Assembly (NCBI GenBank): GCA_014729085.1
Contig: WJKM01000006.1
Span: 88,016-152,015, forward strand
Length of the DNA: 64,000 bases
Direction of reading: 5' to 3'
From: Candidatus Dojkabacteria bacterium
Lineage (GTDB): Bacteria > Patescibacteriota > Dojkabacteria > B142 > WJKM01
The first letter of the stretch is position 1; every line of letters begins with the position of its first letter. The position numbers and the translations under genes were made by a program. The notes beneath the pieces were generated by a model. It did no database searches. It worked only from the letters and a program-made list of their open reading frames with translations, and was not told the DNA's origin. Below are positions 58,591 through 64,000 of the stretch, one piece after another.

Positions 58591-59343
58591 TTATATTTCT
58601 TCTTGGACAAATCTTCGAACCTTTTCAACGCTAATTTTTAGACTTTTGGATAGGTCATTTAAAAATACGTCTTCGAGGTTCTTTATAGTACTTTTTCTTC
58701 TTTTCCACAATGATGTATGAATAATGTGCCAAGCTTCTCTAATATAGGAGACAAACCAATCATTTTGTTTTTCAGTTTTGATTTTATGCAGCTTTTTGTG
58801 GCTGATTAAGGGAACAACTGCGATACGTTCTTGCCGAAATATGAAGTTTAAAATTACTTCAATTCCATATTTAGAGTTTTCAATTTCTGTTAAGGATTTT
58901 ATAATAAATTCTTTTTTAAGGCATCTTTGACCGCAAATAGGAAGAAGAACAAAAGCGATAGCTGGATTTTCAAGCGAGACATTGGGGCCGAGCGTCATGT
59001 CCACTTCGTCTTTTAATACCGGTTTTATTAGCGAAGAGAGATGATAAGGTTTTATGTTAATCATATCAGCATCCAAGAAAAGCAAATATTCATATTTGGA
59101 TTTTTTAATACCCTTTACTACTGCAAATCCCTTTCCTTTATTTTTTTTTAATTCAATAATTTTAGCTTGGTTTTTAAATCTATTTATAATTTCTTGCGTG
59201 TTATCTTTAGAACCGTCATTGATAACTATAACTTCTCCTATTTCCGGGGTTTGCAAGGCAGTTTTAATAACATCTTCAATGGTTTGAGATTCATTGTAAG
59301 CTGGAATGATGCACGTTGCCTTTTTTGCGAGTTTATTTTTCAT
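58591..59343 (-). CDS. Family-2 glycosyltransferase (Dpm1/GtrB-like polyprenyl-phosphate glycosyltransferase).
   Basis: 'CIIPAYNESQTIEDVI', 'VIVINDGSKDNT' and 'FLDADM' (DxD motif). Confidence 0.75.
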   Translation of the reverse strand: MKNKLAKKATCIIPAYNESQTIEDVIKTALQTPEIGEVIVINDGSKDNTQEIINRFKNQAKIIELKKNKGKGFAVVKGIKKSKYEYLLFLDADMINIKPYHLSSLIKPVLKDEVDMTLGPNVSLENPAIAFVLLPICGQRCLKKEFIIKSLTEIENSKYGIEVILNFIFRQERIAVVPLISHKKLHKIKTEKQNDWFVSYIREAWHIIHTSLWKRRKSTIKNLEDVFLNDLSKSLKISVEKVRRFVQEEI

Positions 59344-59511
59344 AATGGTTAATTATTTATTTTGAATATAGTTTTTGTCAAGTTTATTATTTTTTTACCC
59401 TAATTATTAGATATATAAATAAAAGTTGGTATAATCGCTTTTATTTGAAGTAAAATAGTAAACTAAACAATTTTCGGCAATTAATTTTTAGTTTATACAA
59501 TAAAATTTTTA

Positions 59512-59739
59512 ATGAAAGAAATTCCTCTATTTGATCCGAACAGGGAAAGTTGTAGATCATGTAGAAATTTTAAAATATGTGATGGACTTGGGATGTGCTG
59601 TGTGCTACCTACTGCAGAAAATCAGATTGACAGAGGCGGTTTAAGCCCAAGAGAATTTTCCAGGCTTATGCAAGAAGTAGGGAAACGAATAAGAAGATAT
59701 GGATGTGGAGGGTATGATTTAAGTGATTTGAATAAATAA
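59512..59739 (+). CDS. Small Cys-rich hypothetical protein (75 aa).
   Basis: Contains 'CRSCRNFKICDGLGMCC...YGCGG'. Falls in the region of elevated GC. Confidence 0.35.
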   Translation: MKEIPLFDPNRESCRSCRNFKICDGLGMCCVLPTAENQIDRGGLSPREFSRLMQEVGKRIRRYGCGGYDLSDLNK

Positions 59740-59845
59740 GCTATTGTTAAATTTAAATATGCAAATAAAATAAAAAGAAATATTTCATTGATCGAATAGA
59801 AAGTTTTTTGATATAATTATCCTATAATGTTTTATTATTTATGTT

Positions 59846-60340
59846 ATGGAGAATATATTGAGTAATTTAGCGGATAGGATTTTGGGGCCTGAAGATCCTT
59901 ATTATTTATATAGATGTACAGGCCCATCTCAAACAAATCAACCTCCAGGCGTATTATTGACACAAAAGGGTAAAAGATTGGATTGTAGTGCTTGTGGAGG
60001 GAATAGTCTCTGCACTCAAAACTGGGGACCTTGTGAAAGCATGAGTGGATTTAAATGTCCCGTTAGCTTAGTTGATCCTAGAAGTATGGATGCTGGATTT
60101 AGACCAGCAGCTCCGGCAACAGGAGAAGTTTCTCAAAAATTACAGGTTACTGGCCCTGGATCCACGGGTATTCCTCAAGTAAATCTTGAAGCTCGAAGAG
60201 GAGCATGGGAGGATTTACCTATTACAAATCTTCGAACGGCAATTAATTTAGGATATAATCCACCACCTGGGTTACGCCTAAAAGCATGGGCTAGTCAAGT
60301 TTTAGATTTACTCCCGGGTGATTTTTCAGTCTTTTCGTAA
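59846..60340 (+). CDS. Cys/Pro/Gly-rich hypothetical protein (164 aa).
   Basis: 'DCSACGGNSLCTQNWGPCESMSGFKCP'. No signal peptide. Confidence 0.4.
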   Translation: MENILSNLADRILGPEDPYYLYRCTGPSQTNQPPGVLLTQKGKRLDCSACGGNSLCTQNWGPCESMSGFKCPVSLVDPRSMDAGFRPAAPATGEVSQKLQVTGPGSTGIPQVNLEARRGAWEDLPITNLRTAINLGYNPPPGLRLKAWASQVLDLLPGDFSVFS

Positions 60341-60382
60341 TTATTACCAGAATTTTTTCGATTCACAGTATAAATATATAGT

Positions 60383-60694
60383 TTGATTATTATGGAACAG
60401 TATTCTTGCCCCTTTACATTTTTAGACCCTCCTTTTGCTGACCCAAGTGGTTTATGTTGGCTTCCAGATGCAAGTTGTTGTAGAGAAACAACATTAAACT
60501 TATTAGGGGGCACACAAGATGACCAGAAAAAATTTGCATTACAAATGCCTAATATTACTTGCAGCGGCATTGGATCTGATACTAGAATTGCAGGAATTCA
60601 TGGTGCATTGACTATTTTTAAATTGGATCATCCAGATCGTTATAATCAATTCTGCTCGCAGTTTCTAGAAGATAGAGATCCTCTGGAACAATGA
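60383..60694 (+). CDS. Cys-rich hypothetical protein (103 aa), an N-terminal paralog of 63565..63972(-).
   Basis: 'QYSCPFTFLDPPFADPSGL' here versus 'SYQIFLDPTLPTFPGIDSSL' in the other gene. Confidence 0.4.
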   Translation: MIIMEQYSCPFTFLDPPFADPSGLCWLPDASCCRETTLNLLGGTQDDQKKFALQMPNITCSGIGSDTRIAGIHGALTIFKLDHPDRYNQFCSQFLEDRDPLEQ

Positions 60695-60848
60695 GCATAT
60701 GCTTTGATTTCAGAGTGAATTTAATTCAGGATGAATACCAATTTCGGTTCTTCGTTTATAAATCTACATTCTTCCCAAATGAAAGTAAGCCATTCATGTA
60801 ATAATTTCAAACTTTGTATTAACGATTACATTTATTTGCGCTAATAAA

Positions 60849-61724
60849 TTGTGTATCATATTTATGAAATTATTTATCCTATCCAATATTGTGAGATTAG
60901 ATGAGTTTGCAATAAAAGTTTGGACTGTTTTGTTGGTTTTTGTTGGTATTTATATCGTATATGGAGCTGCTAAGCTTATTACGCTTAAGCAAGCAGAGAA
61001 GAAATATTCGCCTATAATTCAAGAAAAAGAACTGGCTCTGAGCTTTCTGAATCATGAAATATCAGAGCAGAATAACTATATTAAAACCCTGAATCTTGAA
61101 GTTAGTAATTTGACGGAGAGAGGGGTACAGTTAATTCAAACTAATAATAATTTAGAAGGAAGAATAGCAGGTTTGAATACTCAAAGAGAGCTTAGGTATC
61201 CATTTGATGTCCCGACCAAAGGAATAGTAGGCAGTTTTGCAGGAACATTTGGTGGTAATATGTACGGAATGAGGCATCTTGGAATTGATGTTTGGACAAC
61301 GATAGAGAATAATGGCAGAACTGAAAATAATTCCGGGAACCCTGTGTATGCTGCCTGTTCAGGGGTTGTGGACAATTCTGATAGACTTAATGGAGCAATA
61401 ACTATAAAGTGCGATCCTATACCTTCAAATTACAATGTTCCTGACCACAACGTTGATACTTATTATGCACACATGGGAAATGGCGTGTCGAAAAATTTGT
61501 ATATACAGGCAACACCGGGTAGAAGAGTGCAGAAAGGTCAGTTAATAGGATACCAGGGCAATATTAGTAAATTTTTTCCAAATATGCGTAATGTACATCT
61601 TCATTTCTCTGTTTTTGGAGGACTTTCTGAAGTCGATTCTAAAAAAGGTGCTTACAATCCGTGTCTTTATATTGGAGGTGATTGTAGAACAAGGGGGGCG
61701 AGATTTGTAACAAAATATGATTAG
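60849..61724 (+). CDS. M23 family peptidase with an N-terminal TM helix and coiled coil. Third M23 gene in the window.
   Basis: 'MRHLGIDVWT', 'YYAHMGNG' and 'VHLHFSVF'. Confidence 0.7.
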   Translation: MCIIFMKLFILSNIVRLDEFAIKVWTVLLVFVGIYIVYGAAKLITLKQAEKKYSPIIQEKELALSFLNHEISEQNNYIKTLNLEVSNLTERGVQLIQTNNNLEGRIAGLNTQRELRYPFDVPTKGIVGSFAGTFGGNMYGMRHLGIDVWTTIENNGRTENNSGNPVYAACSGVVDNSDRLNGAITIKCDPIPSNYNVPDHNVDTYYAHMGNGVSKNLYIQATPGRRVQKGQLIGYQGNISKFFPNMRNVHLHFSVFGGLSEVDSKKGAYNPCLYIGGDCRTRGARFVTKYD

Positions 61725-61773
61725 AATACATCGAAAGTGATATAATCTCAGTATAAATTTTAATGTTATTAAA

Positions 61774-61989
61774 ATGGAGAAGGCATATATTATAGACCCA
61801 AATTTCGCAAATATGCAAGATTATACCCCTGAAGGAATCCCGGTAGTTGGAAGAGTTCAAACTGGTGGGGGACCTTCAGTTTTAAATTTTTTTACTGGAG
61901 AGCCAGAAAAATTGCCTCCGGTAAGATTAGTAGATTCACCAGATAATCCGCCAGCTGATCAAGGGCCTACAATTAAATACTGTCCATAA
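61774..61989 (+). CDS. Small Pro/Gly-rich hypothetical protein.
   Basis: 71-aa ORF. Atypical composition. Confidence 0.3.
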   Translation: MEKAYIIDPNFANMQDYTPEGIPVVGRVQTGGGPSVLNFFTGEPEKLPPVRLVDSPDNPPADQGPTIKYCP

Positions 61990-62326
61990 ATCAACATCGG
62001 GCAGTATTTTCAATCTGTCTTAATCGGGGACTTGTGACTTCATTTGAAGGGAGTGTGATGGTAATGGTTTCTCTTATTGATGCTTCAGAACATATTTGCC
62101 TATTGCCACATAATTTACAAAGTCCGCCCGATAATACGCTCCGTGGATGAACTCCTGTTACATTGAAAATGGTCTCCTGTGGGCTTGTTTGTACTCTGGA
62201 TTCTACTAGTCTCATTTTTTTTTTGGATTTAAGATCCTCCAATTATATCAAGTATAAATCTTTCTCGATTTTATTATTTTCAAAAATTGTTATGATTTTT
62301 TAGTGAAATATTAATACATTAAGAAA

Positions 62327-62701
62327 ATGTCTATAAACGATGAAATAAGAATAACGCCAACTCCTATGAGGACAGATTTGGATGCACTTGAGGTTTTGCG
62401 AGGCGATCCTGAAATGCATGAAAGAATAAGACGCCATGCTGCACAAATTTTACAAGAAAGATTGCAAATGCAACCTCCTATATCTCTAAATTTCGGAGAA
62501 AGGGTTGCTGCTACTGCTTCAGGTAAATCTAGTTGGCCTGGGATCGAGCATGATCTACAGATGGCAATAAATGGAACATTGGAAGATTGTTTTGCAGGTG
62601 ATTTACCTCAAATAGATCAATATGGTTTTGATACGTTGCTTTTGGATCTTGGTGCACCACCAGAACTTTTTACTAGAAATAATAGGTTTTTATTGGAATG
62701 A
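62327..62701 (+). CDS. Hypothetical protein (124 aa).
   Basis: ORF only. No motif recognised. Confidence 0.35.
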   Translation: MSINDEIRITPTPMRTDLDALEVLRGDPEMHERIRRHAAQILQERLQMQPPISLNFGERVAATASGKSSWPGIEHDLQMAINGTLEDCFAGDLPQIDQYGFDTLLLDLGAPPELFTRNNRFLLE

Positions 62702-62740
62702 GAAGAAAATATTTCAAGTAAAGATTTTATCTTGAGAACT

Positions 62741-62947
62741 TCATTTTAAACAAATACACACTGGGGCAAGTGGTGGGGGGCTTTCCAAAAGAATCCTTCC
62801 ATGTGGGCCTAACATATATTGAACTAACTCGTCTGGCCTAAGTTCAGTATGGGTGAAAACCGGACGACCACATACTAAGTCAGCACAATAAATTTGTGTT
62901 GGAAAGCTTTCGGCTCCATCTATTCGTACAAAACCATCTTCTTCCAT
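62741..62947 (-). CDS. Small hypothetical protein, paralog family 'GFV-x-I...C-x-D-x-VCGR-x-V...TEL'.
   Basis: 'GFVRIDGAESFPTQIYCADLVCGRPVFTHTEL' here, versus 'GFVQISAAGEIPRITCQDTVCGRKVSSETEL' in 63171..63494. Confidence 0.4.
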   Translation of the reverse strand: MEEDGFVRIDGAESFPTQIYCADLVCGRPVFTHTELRPDELVQYMLGPHGRILLESPPPLAPVCICLK

Positions 62948-63170
62948 CTGGATTCCGCTTAAAGGAACTCCTAGTTTTTCTATATCACATCCGACAAATT
63001 GATGCCTTTTCCGCCATAGTTCCGGGTCTCCTACAAATATTTAATTTGGGACTATTTTCTGTTTCCATATTGTTTTTTCTATGTTTTATTGAAACTTTCT
63101 GATTATATTAAATAGAGAACGTTTTTATCTTGTAGTTAATGAAAGTATAAAATTTTACGATATTAGGGGT

Positions 63171-63494
63171 TCAAATTTTTGCAAGTATACGTATGGGAGG
63201 AAGAGGGCCGGCCCTATAAACCATAATTTTACTACTTGGACTTGCAACAAATTTCACTGTGTCTCCAGTTCCTAATTCAGTCTCAGAACTTACTTTTCTG
63301 CCACATACAGTATCTTGGCAGGTTATTCGGGGTATTTCACCAGCAGCGCTTATTTGAACAAATCCATCTGGTGTTAGATCAATTTGAGGTAAGGGGGCTT
63401 TTAAAGACTCAGGTGGAATAGCTTGAGGGACAAAGTATCCTTGCTGCCATGCATCTGGATGTCCCGTATCTACTTGTAATAAAAAATATTCCAT
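63171..63494 (-). CDS. Small hypothetical protein of the same paralog family.
   Basis: See the 62741..62947 entry. The motifs are collinear. Confidence 0.4.
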   Translation of the reverse strand: MEYFLLQVDTGHPDAWQQGYFVPQAIPPESLKAPLPQIDLTPDGFVQISAAGEIPRITCQDTVCGRKVSSETELGTGDTVKFVASPSSKIMVYRAGPLPPIRILAKI

Positions 63495-63564
63495 GATTTT
63501 GATTGATTAACTAATAGAAGTAATACTTAGGAGTTATCGCTATTTCGAATACAGTTTAATATAT

Positions 63565-63972
63565 CTAACCATTCCTATTGTCAATTTTCATATTGCAATT
63601 AATAATGCCCTCTTTTCTCCAATGATCTAGTTGAGGATCAGTTAGTGATACATCCTCAGGTGCAACAAAAAGTTTTCCTTGGCTAAATTCGGCAACCGGA
63701 CAACCTCCACAAACAGGCAATTGGCCCTCATAGATTCTATTATATCCGTCATTTCCTTTTTCTAGATGGGGTTGAATTAAAACTGATGGTCTATGAGTTA
63801 AATTCCCACAATATGAAGAGCATTCTCTGCAAGGAGTAGGGCTATTGTGGCCATATGGAGAATTTCCAGTTAGAGTAACTTTGCCAATGTTTTTGTACAA
63901 ACTGGAATCTATACCTGGAAAAGTAGGTAAAGTTGGATCTAAAAATATTTGGTAACTTGGGTCTGTTTCCAT
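63565..63972 (-). CDS. Cys-rich hypothetical protein (135 aa).
   Basis: 'PCRECSSYCGN...PVCGGCPVAEF'. 'FLDP' N-terminus shared with 60383..60694. Confidence 0.4.
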   Translation of the reverse strand: METDPSYQIFLDPTLPTFPGIDSSLYKNIGKVTLTGNSPYGHNSPTPCRECSSYCGNLTHRPSVLIQPHLEKGNDGYNRIYEGQLPVCGGCPVAEFSQGKLFVAPEDVSLTDPQLDHWRKEGIINCNMKIDNRNG

Positions 63973-64000
63973 TTGTGCTAGTCGTAAAAAGGGATTATAA

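Noticed and set aside
61991-62242. 83-aa minus-strand ORF between two plus-strand small genes.
   Set aside because: Its start is 'MEDLKSKKKMRLV', preceded by poly-A. It has no family resemblance to the paralog groups. It is left uncalled as too uncertain.
1-64000. CRISPR arrays, integrases, transposases and IS elements.
   Set aside because: No regularly spaced direct repeats and no recognisable recombinase or transposase ORFs were seen anywhere in the window.

Overview
The window is AT-rich (roughly 30-35% GC). Its gene content suggests a streamlined CPR/Patescibacteria-like genome, but this cannot be confirmed without a search.

Main contents in order:
- Three acidic or coiled-coil hypothetical genes, the first N-terminally truncated by the window edge.
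- A 23S-5S rRNA unit with no 16S and no spacer tRNAs in the window.
- A housekeeping block: LD-carboxypeptidase, rpsA, a ClpC/ClpB-type AAA+ chaperone, radA, rho, three M23 peptidases, two TrmB-like regulators, two EamA transporters.
- leuS carrying three large in-frame insertions, followed by DUF1653, cyclophilin, and comEA/comEC.
- A nucleotide-kinase cluster: a dTMP-kinase-like gene, two tandem ndk paralogs, and adk.
- A PD-(D/E)XK nuclease-like gene, tRNA-Ala and tRNA-Arg, a PEGA/beta-propeller protein, and mreB.
- A classic ribosomal cluster on the minus strand: rpmG, tRNA-Trp, secE, nusG, rplK, rplA, rplJ, rplL, followed by rlmB.

The most striking locus is a minus-strand operon at 41067-46200, immediately upstream of the ribosomal cluster. 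It encodes two tandem paralogous 322-aa ATP-grasp amidoligases, an 815-aa fusion protein, and a 7-TM membrane protein whose reading frame overlaps the fusion gene. The fusion combines an ATP-grasp ligase, a retropepsin-like protease and a MATCAP/DUF1704-like HExxH metallocarboxypeptidase. This architecture points to a peptide or protein C-terminal tailing and trimming system.

The second highlight is a 1342-aa LeuS with three inserted domains: Ham1/ITPase-like, one unknown, and an RBBP9/YdeN-type alpha/beta hydrolase with an apparently intact Ser-Asp-His triad.

The last ~4.5 kb (59.5-64 kb) and 51.2-52.5 kb look compositionally richer in GC and encode families of small Cys/Pro-rich paralogous proteins of unknown function.
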